From: Mytilus californianus
Lineage: Eukaryota
Direction: 5' to 3'
Length of the DNA: 64,000 nt
Assembly: GCF_021869535.1 (NCBI RefSeq)
Contig: NW_026262712.1
Span: forward strand, 77,066,001 to 77,130,000
Part shown: one piece after another, positions 25,970-39,059 of the stretch
Layout: each line of letters begins with the position of its first letter
How positions within the stretch are numbered: the first letter of the stretch is position 1
Translations under genes and position numbers: made by a program
The notes under the pieces: model-generated
Told to the model about the DNA's origin: nothing
Seen by the model: the letters and a program-made list of their open reading frames with translations, nothing else
Databases searched by the model: none

Positions 25970-25979
25970 AACACTAGAT

Positions 25980-26420
25980 ATAAAGTAGTTCGTCCGAAAC
26001 GACTTTCTGGATTTACCTTCATCAGGAACGCCCTAAACCAAAAAAAAAAAAGAAAAGCCATGGATGTATAAATCTTGAAAACGTGAGGAGCAATATGTCC
26101 AAAAAAGGATAAAAAAAAGAATAGCAAAATGCAGCTAAGGTCAACTTTGCCTCAGTGTATTTGAACCTTAGTTTGTAATTCTGCTTAATTCATCAACGAC
26201 GAATGTAAGAAAAAAATAATATAATTCATGTCGGTACCGAAGCCCTGACTACTGAGCTGATGATACCCTTTGGGCTAACAGTAAATCCAGTGCTTGTAAA
26301 TGAAAATAACAATTTCGTCCGCCCGAAGGGCTTAGCTGGATTTACCTTCATCAGGAACGCTCAACCCTACCCCCCCCCCCAAAACAAAATAAAAAAAATA
26401 AAGCCAAGTATGTATAAGAC
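25980..26420 (-). mobile_element. Retrozyme-like tandem dimer, HHR family 2, spacing 329 bp; best core at 25991-26031
   Basis: GCGTTC-CTGATGA-aGGtaaatCCa-GAAA-gtcgtt-TC-GGACG; the second core (~26320-26362) has GCTA instead of GAAA. Confidence 0.6.
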
Positions 26421-26609
26421 CTGTAAATGTGAGGAGCGATATAATCGAAAGGAGACATTAAGAGAATAGGCAAGTTCATGTAAGGTCACATTGGCTTGGG
26501 GGAAATGAAATCTTTGTTTTGAGTTATTTTGAAGACGTACTCCAAATTAGTAAAATATCTGAAATACTCAAGAAAACCCAAAATCTGTGCGCTTGATATT
26601 TCTCGTACT

Positions 26610-26830
26610 AAAATATGAGACGAAAGATACCAAGGGGACATTCAAAGGTCAGATGTAGAAGAGAATGACAACGCCATGGCAAAAGACGAAAAGACAAGTC
26701 CACAAAACACTATATAGAAAACTAAAGAATGGGCAACACTAAACTCACCAAAAACTTTGGGTGATCCTAGTTGCTGCGGATGGGTTAGAAGATCCGCTTC
26801 TACTAGTGGCAAGCGTCATGTTGCTCTGTA
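26610..26830 (-). mobile_element. PLE 3' terminal-repeat copy (others at ~18690-18790, 31030-31125, 34725-34900, 38110-38225, 42520-42720, 52680-52780, 57040-57220)
   Basis: Homologous to 3730-3960 (gataccaa.gggacattcaaa; caccaaaaact..ggg...). Confidence 0.6.
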
Positions 26831-27405
26831 TAACAACATATTCCGTGAAAAGTTTCAATCGGTGGTAAACACAATCAAGGAAAAGAGGATATCGTATCTA
26901 AATTCATGATGATAATAATTCAAGGTAATGAGTATATTAATCTAAGGTTTGGTTAAATCATCAATAGCCAGTTTATTTTTTCAAAAAAGTTATTTCACAT
27001 TGTGAAATTAAAAAAAAATCTATGCAATGTAAGTATTGGATCGCTATGTATTTGGGATCTGGCCATACCTTACAATTGAATACCTCAAAATATGTTTATT
27101 GAAAATCTTTCATATTTATGACATATTCGATTGTTTTTATTCTAATTTAAAAATTTTAATTTTAAAGTAGAACATTATGAAATAAAGATTTGTTTTACCG
27201 GTATACTACTGTTGCCTTTATTTATGTGAATTTTGAACATGGTAATACTAGGTAGGTTACTGTTTAAAATATCCAATATACTAGATAGTAATTAAAATTT
27301 ATATCAAGACATTGCTAAAATGATTGAATTGTACATCACAAATCTTTCAACAGAAGTTAGAAAATTGATTTAAGATATCTAACTAAGTTACTTCTATCAT
27401 CCCAT

Positions 27406-27628
27406 GGGGCCTCGATGACAGAGTGGTCTAAGTAGTTCATCTACTGTATCATTAGCCTGGCAACACTGTGGTTATGATTTTGAATCCGGCCCGTGACAGG
27501 TGCGTTCAGGATTGTCAGTTTTCCTGCTGAAGGTCGATTCTCTCCGGCATCCCATCAATAAAAACGACCACCATGACAAAGCCAATAGTGCTGAAAGTGA
27601 CGTTAAATACCAACAATCAATCAATCAA
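27406..27628 (+). mobile_element. tRNA-derived SINE with (AATC)n tail
   Basis: A-box-like gatgacagagtggtctaag, B-box-like tttgaatccgg, core gtcagttttcctgctgaaggtcg, tail gctgaaagtgacgttaaataccaacaatcaatc. Core fragment also at ~57285-57340. Confidence 0.7.
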
Positions 27629-29149
27629 TAATCATTCATCTCAAAAGTAGAGTAAATTTCCGCGTAAAATAATCATACATTGAATCCAAGTGCTATGACC
27701 TGGTAACCTTTTCCATCTACATTATGAGCATTTCAATTGCAGTCCAAAGTGATAGTCTAGATCAGTAAATTTACCAAACATTTAAACTAGATACCGGTAG
27801 AAGATACATACAAGAAATATGACAGCTTATATACATAAACATCGAATAAATGAGTCCTCGAGACACCAAAATGATGAACTATTTTGTGACTGAGAACGTA
27901 GAACTACTAGTATCCAAATTTTGTTTTCAGTCATTTCCTTTCATCACAGTTGGAAAAGTTATTTAATTAGCTTACTTTTCAATGACTATCATAATCACTG
28001 TGTCTGCCTTAAATTTCTTTCTTAAAGCACATATTAAGATGTTGTTTGCATTGAATTGCTTTCGGGTAAAATGTAAAGATGTATCTTAAATCAATTCATA
28101 CTTTTGTTGATAATTTAGAATTTCGTTTGTAAAAAATTACAATGTCTAGACGAAGAATCCAGCATTTAGTAGTAAAAATAGTGCACGTGTCATAAGACAT
28201 TATACTGAAAACTATCTTTGTTTTTTTATCATTATTATTGTTTGTAATATGTAAATATATATAAAAAGGTAGGTCTTTAAATCATAGTTTGTTTGAAAGA
28301 TAGGCTGACATGTTTCATTAAAATGAATATTAAAAAAAACAGAAATAAAAAATAAAAATACAAAAAAAAAAAAGAACAAAACTTATTGTACCGAAAAGCT
28401 TTTGCTTAAATGGAAGACTACTCAGGTCTATCAAAGTAAAATTTGAAGCACGGTTATCTCCCATTGAAACATTTTTTTACAATTTATTAAATAGATTTAG
28501 AAACGTTTTTGGATTTAGGGTTAAAAGATTTCATCTGTTTGGGAAGCGAAAAATACTTTGAGAAGAATTATATGAAATAGGAAAAATGTAAAGACATAAG
28601 CAACCGTTGTATAAGTTTTCTACAAGACGTTTTCGATTGGACTACCAAAAATTATTATGAAATATCATAAATCGAAGTAAAGACAGACAAACCTTGAAAT
28701 AAAAACAGTCGGAATTAAGTCAAACGGGATGAGACGAGGTGTGTTGACGCGGTAATCGTCTCCTACTATGCATGATTCGCCGTCATGCACCCCGTATTGT
28801 GTTTGTTAGATTTATGGAATTCTGTTAATGCTCTTTTATCCGTTTAAAATTAGTGACTTAAGAAAGATATATGTCATATCTATCTCAACTGATCCTATTG
28901 GCCGTGTGAGCTATTGCTATCACTTGGAGTTCTTCATAAGAAAAAATTTCAAAAAAATCTTCTCTGGACCAATGTCTTCCGAATTTAGGCTGAATGATTT
29001 CTATAGTATCTTGTGTAAATTTTATTATTATAGTTCCTGTCAATCAACCAATATAGCTGTCATTACTTGAATTAGAATATAAGGGTAAAATGCAAGAAGG
29101 GCCTTATATCATGAAAACCAAAAAATAGATAGAGAAAATCTACTGGAAC

Positions 29150-29290
29150 AATAAAGAGTGGTAGATCGAAAATCATCCAGAGAGATAAAGAAATATGCGA
29201 ACAATGTGATTTAAAAGATCTCGGAGATAAACTACATTTCTTAATGAAGTGTAAATTTATAGCTATAGAAAGAAAAAAATATATTGATGA
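29150..29290 (+). pseudogene. Degenerate LINE ORF2 C-terminal CCHC-type fragment
   Basis: TIKSGRSKIIQRDKEICEQCDLKDLGDKLHFLMKCKFIAIERKKYID resembles the IExGR...CxxC...DExHF..C motif. Confidence 0.6.
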
Positions 29291-32019
29291 ACCAAATATA
29301 CAGATCTACATCTATGCCCAACAAATCCCATCAAAATGATGTTTGATTGAAAATCAGCTTATCAGCCACACCACTCAAAAACACAAAATTTTCAAATAAA
29401 TTTGTCTCTCCAATTATAAGGGTGTTAGTTGATGAATACCACATGTTTTGTTTTCTTGATAATAGGTGGTAATTGTTGCATGAATGAATTAATAGTAAAT
29501 ACAAATGTGAATATTTAGTTAATTACAAATGTAAACATGTAATACAAATTAAAAATTATAAGAAAACAAATACAAATTTAAATTTTTTTTTATGTGTAGG
29601 GATATATAACATCAAAAACTTTCCTTCATTCTTTTTAATATCTGATTTCCATGTTTAGTTATAAAAATGTCAAAATAAAAATTTCATTGTTCCTGTGCTG
29701 GAGTGGTAATATCAGAAACTGGACACAATGTGTATTATCATCTCTACTGTTAACATGTTTTAAACATCTGGTTATTAAATAATATTATCTGTCCCTTTAT
29801 CCGCATGAGATGATAGATTTACAGCTCTAATTAACCATTTTATAATTTAGAGAAAATATCTAATTTTCACTCTGAAGGGTTTAGATGTAAGACTGTATAA
29901 TTAAATTCAATGAAGTTATGAATATGACAAAAAAATCAAATTTTAAAAAGCTATGTACATTTATAAGGCATATTAATTCATGTGTGTGTTCTCCTGACTG
30001 AATCATTCAATTTATAATTGTAAATAGTGAACATACTATGTTTTCTTTTAATTTATATATGTGCTATTTATATCATGTAACTTCTGTATACCATTGTATT
30101 GACAAAGGTTTATCATAATAAAGATATATATAAAACAAAAATGCTGAACACGTCAAGATTTACCATATTTTGATTTTCACCAAAATTATAACACTACTCC
30201 TTGTAGGAGTTATTGCCCTAAAATGACGATTTTCTATGTTGGTGTTTTATCTTTCATCTTGAAAACGGAAAACTATAACAGACAGACAGAAACTATAAAC
30301 ATCAAAATGATAAGCAATGCGTAATACCCGAGACGTTTTTTTTTTTAACCTTAAATGACATATATTTACTAATTTGGAATATCAGTAAAAAAATCAATAT
30401 TAAGAGGCCAATACTTCTGAATCCAAAACTTAAAAAAAAAATTTCCCGTCAGTACTTCCTCATATGCCCGATTACCACTTAACAGTTTGAAAAACTCGTA
30501 AACCAGCATAACATTTCCCGCAAATTTCAATATCAGATTCAAAACAGAATAATGTGCAACAAAGCAATAAAAATGACATTCGTTCCATGGTCAACTTTTT
30601 CAGTCCTCATTACAGTACTGAGTAGACGAATCTGATTTTAAAAGTAAGATTGTAGTCTTTAATCATTCTAAAGGTTATTGTTCGAGATTTGGACATTTTG
30701 CACTTCCGATATGTGCAGATTATTTGAGATTCTAAACCCTAATCAGAATTTAATTTAAATTTCTCAGAATATACACTATATAATGTCTTTGTGATGCACT
30801 TCCTTTTTCGTTTTAGCAAATCATAGACTTTGCCTTTGCGTTATGTGGGGAACGGGGCTATCATTTTGTGATCTCGAGCTTTCTCTGCAGCACCACTTGT
30901 TTAACAGCAACCTTTTAACAGTTATTTAAACAAACATGTCTAATAACTAAAAAGGAAAATTCAATAACTTAATTTGAACAGTAATGTAGTGCTACATTTT
31001 TTTTAACATGAATACGCTGTTGATTTATAAAATGTCTTTTCGTTTTTTCTTCTCGTCATGGTGTAATCCTTCTGTCTTCGACTTGTGGTTTTTTAATTGC
31101 ACATTTGGTATCGTCTGACTTTTTTATATGATCTTTATTTAAACATCCCAATCTGTTAAGCATTTGCACTTAAATCATCTGTACTTGAACTAGTATTGCA
31201 ATATTAATCATAATTCATTTAACTTTTGCACTCGAGTAACCTCCCTTAGCTCCATTTTCTTCCGAATCGTTCATGTTTAAAAAGCTTGTTAAAACCCGTT
31301 TTCTTTGTCTACCTATACGATTATTAATATGTTGACAAGTTAATTGGAAATTAAAAGATAAAATCAAGGCAAAACTCTTAATAGCAATCTTATCTACACA
31401 TGTTTACAATACAATACTCATTTTCTGAAAAGAAATCTTAACAGAAATTATATATGATTACTAAGAATGTTCAGATACACGATTGACAGACTGAAATAGG
31501 ATACTAATTAATATTTTTTTTAGTAAATTTGATTGACATAATAATTTTATATTATGTAAATAAGTTCAGTTGGCGTTATACGTTAATCGTTTGGCTATAA
31601 TGCATTTAGTTCAATTGGAATCACTGTAAAATAGCTAGTTTTATTAATATGAACCATCTGAACTGTAAAATGTATTGATAAAAGATAAATTGTCTACTAA
31701 TAATGTTGAATTAAATCTGTGAAATTCGCACATGTTTTAAACACATCTTAACAACTTTTTAAACAAATCTCTGTCTGACTGTTGACAATACCATTTGTGT
31801 AGGTCAATATTATTAATGAATAAAGTTTACTAAACACTTTACGTAAAGATATTAAGAAACATAACACTAACGCAATGCTTTCATTAAGGAACTGACAAAA
31901 ATGCATCACATACTTCCTACAATTTTATCAATCAACAGCGTATTATTGTTTAAATGAATCAAAGCTATCGTTGATTTTGTCGTAAATCTTCTTCCCACCA
32001 TATTTATTGTTTTGTATTA

Positions 32020-33808
32020 GGGACTGGTCATTTGTAACCTGCAAAGGGGGTGTCCAATTTTTCTATACTTCAGATAGGGGGGCATCGAACAAATTTTGTG
32101 ACCCACACCCACCTCTTCCACATAACTGAAAAATATATTTTTTTTGGCACAAAAATCTTTTTTTTCGCCTCGCTCTGCTCGGTTCAATTGTTAAGATTCA
32201 ATTTTCAATTCCTAAGTTTCAACATCTTCTTCCAAGCATGTATTCTAATCTAATGTTAGTTTACAAACTTCTTTAATAAAGAATATATATACAATATGCT
32301 GAAATTTAATGAAGGTGTGGTAAATGTCAATGAGACCATAACAGGCATATTCCGTTAGCCCCTTCTGACGGTGTGATAATATATTTCACAACTTGCTCGC
32401 TATGTCCGTGTCTGTAATTTATGTATAACTGGTAAATCCAAAAGGCAGGGATTTCGTTACCACAAATTAATTAAAACCTTTACCAAATTCATTCATATGT
32501 ATACAGATTTGGTTAGAAAGTTTGGCTGCACCTGTAAAATTCTTATTACAAACGGGATATCCCATCCAAGTTTTACGGTGATGTTGTTTATAAAGCCCGT
32601 AAATTTAGACACATTCAATGTAAACTAATTGATCCTTTGAATAAACTTATTCTTAAAGCCAGGTTATCAATTTAACACAGTAGTGAAATCTTTAAATATT
32701 ACTATATAGGACTTCTAACATTGTTTTTGTTTTGTTTTTGAAAAATTAAAACATAACTGACTATATGTTGATATACATACAGTTATGATAACTTATGATT
32801 CTACATCATGTAGAGAGCTGTTTACTTAAATTTTGGCATTGCACAAGGTCATGCGTTTCTCAGACTGTCTTTGACTAAGACCGTTGGATGTGTACTTCTT
32901 GATACTTTAGTCAGGGCAAACATGATTTATTTATTAGTTGTAATTGGCATTGAACTGGCTTTCAGTAACTACGAGTACTCTTTTTTCGGTGCTTTGTGTC
33001 TTCTGTTTTAGTGCCTATTACCGATCTTTTGAGTTGCAAATTGTAACTGATTTTTACGGTTTGTTCTTATGGTGTTCTGTAACACCGTTGTCCAAGGTTA
33101 AGAGATGGTTGAGAGCTCACAAACTTGTTTAACACTACCAAATTTTGTATGTGCCTGTCCCAAGTCAGGAGCCTGTAGTACAGTGGTTGTCATTGGTTCA
33201 GGTATGTCATACATGTATTGGTTTCCGTAAATTGTTTTGTTATAAATAAGGCCGTTAGTTTTCTTGTTTGAATTGTTTAACATTTTTCATGTCGGCCTTT
33301 TTATAGCCGACTATACAGTACGAGTTTTTCTCATTGTCGAAGGTCGTACGGTGGACATAATTGCTTACTTCCACTTCATTTGAACTCTGTTGAAGGCCGT
33401 ACGGTGGCCTATAATTGCTTACTACCACTTCGTTTTAACTCTGTTGGATAGCTGTCTCATTCGCAGTTATATCCAAATAAAGTTCCCTGAAGTCATAAAC
33501 AACTTCTCTCACTTTAAGCTCTAGATCCACTACTGATGCAATAATTCTTTGAACGATAATAATATAAATAGAAATTGTATGCATGTATCTTTGTTATAAA
33601 GAATAAAAAAATCCGAGAAATGTTTTTTTAAGTGGGTGGGGTTGAAATGTTAACGTCTTTGGAAGGGGGTCTTGGATTTATCTACCTTCCTCAAGGTAGG
33701 GACATGAAAAAAATCAGAGAAATTCCACTGTTACCTCCTCAACCCCCCCCCCCCCCCCCCCCCCCACACACCCACACCCCCTCCAAATGAAAGAAAATGA
33801 CCAGTCCC
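32020..33808. mobile_element. PIF/Harbinger-like non-autonomous element, copy 2 (longer internal repeat capture)
   Basis: Same TIRs as 7732-9114, collinear interior; left flank TTA, right flank TAC. Confidence 0.75.
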
Positions 33809-34030
33809 TACGACGTGTTTTTTCAAAAACAAATGGTCGGAAATCATTTTAGCTTGTCCGGAATGAGACGTGTTTGACACAGACGTCATACAGGTACTTG
33901 TCAAGAACAACGAAACGAACACCTCTTTATACTTAAACTTCACGTTTCATTATGGTCTCTGTTTTTTCTCCATCTGTTGTGTATTTTGCTGTAATGTTGT
34001 CTCTCCTTTTTTCGATTTATGAAGTTCATT

Positions 34031-34209
34031 GACAAACTACTGCCGACCTGGTAAATGATGACAAACTACTGCCGACCTGGTAAATGATGACAAACTACTG
34101 CCGACCTGGTAAATGATGACAAACTACTGCCGACTTGGTAAATGATGACAAACAACTGCCGACCTGGTAAATGATGACAAACTACTGCCGACCTGGTAAA
34201 TGATGACAA
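34031..34209. repeat. 29-bp minisatellite, 6 copies, directly after a PLE terminal-repeat end
   Basis: Unit gacaaactactgccgacctggtaaatgat. Confidence 0.92.
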
Positions 34210-35202
34210 TGCACAGGTATCGCCCCGTGTTAGGTAACCAAAGAAAAATTTATAAAACATTAACAGTTGAAATAATTTTTTTATCAATGACCCCCCGCCC
34301 CATCCGACTGTATTGAAAAGCATTTCTGTGTCTCATAACATCGATATACATACAACTTTACTCATACGATACATTATGTACTATCCTTATTTAAATCCAT
34401 TTAACTGTGAGTCGAATTCCATACTGAAATGTGAAGACAGAGGTTTTGATCCTCTAAGTAATGACATACCCTTGGATAAATAGAAAAATGAGTGATACAC
34501 AAATCATTCTGCAGCGAGATATCAATAATTAATGCATTAAGTACTTTCTGTAACAGTAATCGCACTGTCAATAAAGTGTCAGTTTATACAATACGCATGT
34601 GTTTAAGGTACAATACTGTATTCAAATTGGAAAAAAATCAAAGACATTTCGTTTGACGTTCTAGATTTAGTTTTTTTTACAGGTCTCGCCATTCAATTCT
34701 AGTAAATATTCTTATTCATATCTGCTCTTGTCAAAAAGAGGAGAAGACAACCAAGGAAGCTATCAAAATCCACAAGTCGAAGAAAAAAACAGGCTATCAA
34801 AAAGAAATATGAACAGTTTACAAAACACTGCGTACTATGTAACTAAAATAACATGCACCCCACCAAAAAATGGGGTTCAACTCATGTGTTCTGGAAGTTC
34901 GTGAAGTTAATGAACGTGTGACCTTTCAGTATATAAGGATTAAGAAAAAAAAATCATTCCGAGAAGCCTAGATCTGTCCTTTGCATTATATTTTGAAACT
35001 AGTTATTTCTATCTCACAGAAGTAGTAATGAAAGAATTTGTAATTTTGACTGAAACTTCGCGGCTCCATTCAATTGTGACAAAACTGATGTTTTTTTTTT
35101 AGCGTAATCCCTTTTCTTTGTGTGTATTCGACATTTATTTATAATTAAGCAAACATAACAATTCATATAAGTTGAGATTAACAATAGTTTCTTGTGTTTC
35201 AG

Positions 35203-35844
35203 TTTTGTGTTTATGTCTTAAAACTGCAGCTCTACAAGACAATGTTGTAGATTTAGATTTACGTAATGGCGTCGTTAAAGGATATAGTCCTTATATATCT
35301 TTCGTTCAACAACCAACAAAGAGTGGTAGCTTTTCGTGTGATAAACAGGTAGTTCTTAAAATTGATTTCTCTGGAAAGTACGATGGAGCCAGATTTATGT
35401 TTAATTATGGCGAACCTCCAAGAATGTGGACCATAGATATTTCAGATTCTCCAACAGGAGACGGATACGGGGGAGATAATGGTACCACGAGTAATATGGC
35501 AGAAATACAATTGCATAATAAGCAACTGCGTATATATGGAAACAATTTGAAAGGTCATATGGATGCTTCGTCAGATGGTGGGCTCTTGATTCGAACTATC
35601 GATGACTTTATTAGAAAAGGGTCACGTGTAAAAATGGATATTAGTGATGAAAGAATCGAATATAAATCAGGAAAAACGAAAGATTATATAGAATCAAGAT
35701 TTTTATATACACTAAAAGGACAAGATACGGAATATGGATTAAAGGATTATAGTGTTTATGTTGGCTTAAATCGTGTCGTAGCTGGAAGTTACAGGAGCGG
35801 AAGTGGCCTATGCAGGGCGACCATTACATTGTATTCATTGCCCG
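35203..35844 (+). CDS. Main exon (642 bp, phase 1-1) of a secreted protein of unknown family: predicted beta-rich domain with 2 Cys in the mature region
   Basis: Longest non-TE ORF; pyrimidine-rich TTTCAG acceptor (35201-35202), GTAAGT donor (35845). Motifs WTIDISDSPTGDGYGGDNGTTSNMAE and VGLNRVVAGSYRSGSGLC. Confidence 0.85.
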
Positions 35845-36187
35845 GTAAGTATATAAGGTGGTATGGTAGAAATTTCTGAGCCATATGGGTAATTGTACAC
35901 TTGTTAGCATTTTCACCAGTTTCTAATCATGACCCAAGGTTTACTGAAGTATTTGCATTGTGGTGTTAGGAAGTATGTGAATCTGTATCATGACTACCGT
36001 CTTACTCTGTTAACTTAATCAACCTAATGCTACCGGTGCTTTGCGGCATTTTATATGCATAGAATACAAACTTTTCCAAAAAATCTTAAATAAAAAAAAG
36101 AAATTCACCAGTATGTAAAATTGCAGATTTTCCTAATACATAAATACTACCCTTCCAACTAGAGGAAATAATGCTTGTCACCTACTT

Positions 36188-36925
36188 ACTCTGTTCGCTT
36201 AATGCTTGATACTTTGTACTGCTACTCTGATAGCTTAATTGCTTGATACTTTGTACTGCTACTCTGTTAGCTTAATTGCTTGATACTTTGTACTGCTACT
36301 CTGTTCGCTTAATTGCTTGATACTTTGTACTGCTACTCTGTTAGCTTAATTGCTTGATACTTTGTACTGCTACTCTGATTGCTTAATTTCTTGATACTTT
36401 ATACTGCTACTCTGATTGCTTAATTTCTTGATACTTTATACTGCTACTCTGTTAGCTTAATTGCTTGATACTTTGTACTGCTACTCTGTTAGCTTAATTG
36501 CTTGATACTTTGTACTGCTACTCTGATGGCTTAATTGCTTGATACTTTGTACTGCTACTCTGTTAGCTTAATTGCTTGATACTTTGTACTGCTACTCTGT
36601 TAGCTTAAATGCTTGATACTTTGTACTGCTACTCTGATAGCTTAATTGCTTGATACTTTGTACTGCTACTCTGTTAGCTTAATTGCTTGATACTTTGTAC
36701 TGCTACTCTTTTAGCTTAATTTCTTGATACATTGTACTGCTACTCTGATAGCTTAATTGCTTGATACTTTGTACTACTACTCTGTTAGCTTAGTTGCTTG
36801 ATACTTTGTACTGCTACTCTGTTAGCGTAGTTGCTTGATACTTTGTACTGCTACTGTGTTAGCGTAGTTGCTTGATACTTTGTACTACTACTCTGTTAGC
36901 GTAGTTGCTTGATACTTTGTACTGC
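36188..36925. repeat. 37-bp minisatellite, ~20 copies, intronic
   Basis: Unit gcttgatactttgtactgctactctgttagcttaatt. Confidence 0.95.
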
Positions 36926-37292
36926 ATTGCAGTTAAATATCATTCATAGCTTGATAAACAAATTATACAGTATCAATCAAAGAATAATTTGAACTGAACA
37001 CTAACTCTTTATAGAAAACTTAAAGCATAAGGAAATATTTTATTATCTTTTAACTTGGAAAATATCCCTTTCATTCACTACTCTTATTTGGTTACTTGAA
37101 TGAGGATATATCTGTCAATATTATTGTGTAAGTCTACAGGATGTATATATTTGAATGACTGATACATCTGGATAGAGGCCAGTTTAAGTACGATATGAGC
37201 TTAAACACTCTAACACTTAACAACAGCATGTTTAGTCTAAACAAGCCTCTTAATTGATCTTCCGTATAATACAATTGACTTCTACTTCACAG

Positions 37293-37315
37293 CGGTAAAT
37301 TACTCGTCATGGTAA
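37293..37315 (+). CDS. Candidate terminal exon (A)VNYSSW*
   Basis: cttctacttcacAG acceptor, phase-1 compatible, TAA stop; AATAAA near 37813 and 37830. Confidence 0.35.
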
Positions 37316-39059
37316 ATGTAAGTTTCTGACAATGTAAGGATTAAATGCCAAATTTCATTTTGATACTTTGTACTGCATTGCAGTTATTCATAAAAAATGT
37401 GTTTGCAACCACCTGTAACTGAAAATGCAGTAATGAACGGTGTTGGTCGCAAGGTGACAAAAATGCTGAACAATACAACTTAAATATTGATATACGAGTA
37501 CACGTCCAGCCATTTGAACCCATAATAATGATTACAATAGTCAGCTTACTAGAAACAACCACATTTTGAAACTAGTTTATTCCCTAAGGCAATTTTCCCC
37601 CTGAACCACAAACACACATATAACTTTGAATAATGAAGATTTGAAAAAAAAGTTGACGTCAATTATAAAATTCAATTGTTCAACAATAACATTAATCGAA
37701 ACGAACCAATTATCTTTCCCGACGAAGGGTTGTGCTTGTTTTTTCCCCTCTCCTTTTCAAGTAAGTTAAGAGAAGCACATACATAGCAATATCAAGAAAA
37801 TGAGTATTAGTTAATAAATCCTGTTTTACAATAAAAACTGATGCAAAATATTTGAAAACCATTTCCTTGATATAGGATAATTGCTTAAATGGAAGTTATT
37901 TAACCAAATGCACTTAATGTTAAAGGTGTCGTTAACGAAAGTTTAACAGAGTCATCATCATTTGGTTTACCGTTCTGTAGAATGTATGGTCACGAAGGAC
38001 ATCAAATATTTTTCATTTCTCGTAGTCACAATTCCAGCATTGTTTCTGCGTTGATGACATCACCAGATACGACCTATCACCGCATTTTTACATGTCATGA
38101 AGTCACATGGGGGTGCAGGAACTTCTTTTCTAGTTCGCCAGTGGTTTTGGCGGGGTTCGTGTTGCTCAATCTTCTGTTGTCTGTGTACTTTGTGGGAATC
38201 GTTTTTGTCATTTTGTGTTTTACCATGATACCTTTTTTCAACACTAATGTTTTTAACTGTGAAATGATATTAATAATTGTCATTTAATTGATTTTTAATT
38301 GCTACCGTGATTTCTTTTGTTTTCTTTATATTGGACATTTTTCATGGAAGGTCTGTATGATAGTCATAACGATTAATGGCCAATCTATATCTCAGAGCCT
38401 TTCATAGCTTACTAATCGGTAAAGGTTTTGTTCATTGTTGACTGAAAGCCGTAGGATGACGTGCCAGTTGTTGATTATATCCTTTTCTTTTGGTTTTTGG
38501 TTGTCTCATTGACAGTCATACCACATCTTCTTATTTTACAAAATGTGTATATATTCCTACAAGAAATTCATTTTGTGATGTTAATCATGATAGAAGACGT
38601 TTGTACCTAATGGAACGTAGACAACCACCCAAGCACAAACTTAAGTTTTAACGGCGTAATTATTATGATGAAGTAATAGTTTTCTTGGCTAGCATCGATT
38701 TTAGATAGATTTATATTCTTCCCTTGCTAAGGAAGCTCTTAGTTCATGTCATAAACCCGCGATGGGAGGTTGCATTGACGGGTTTATGTTATATAAATTG
38801 CACTTTATGTGTGAATTTGATTGTTTCAAGATCATATAGAATGATTCAAATTGCACGTTGAACATAATAAACAGACAAGAAATTACATAATGCACAATGT
38901 TGTTTCAATTTTTAGCTTTAATAAAATATAAAAATAACACACCGAATATTTGATATTTATTAATTGGTACTGTTAAATGCTTTTAAAATAAAGAAAATGT
39001 CTGGTCAATCTCATATTTTTTCTGGTTAGATAAGCACACACAGGCATAGCTACGGAGCC

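Noticed and set aside
35172-35202. TTG-initiated N-terminus MRLTIVSCVS in the ORF track
   Set aside because: Non-ATG start, in-frame stop upstream, and the segment is the polypyrimidine tract of the acceptor at 35201-35202.
36188-36925. CRISPR-like array (37-bp repeats)
   Set aside because: No unique spacers, no cas genes, eukaryotic intron; the same applies to the other minisatellites.
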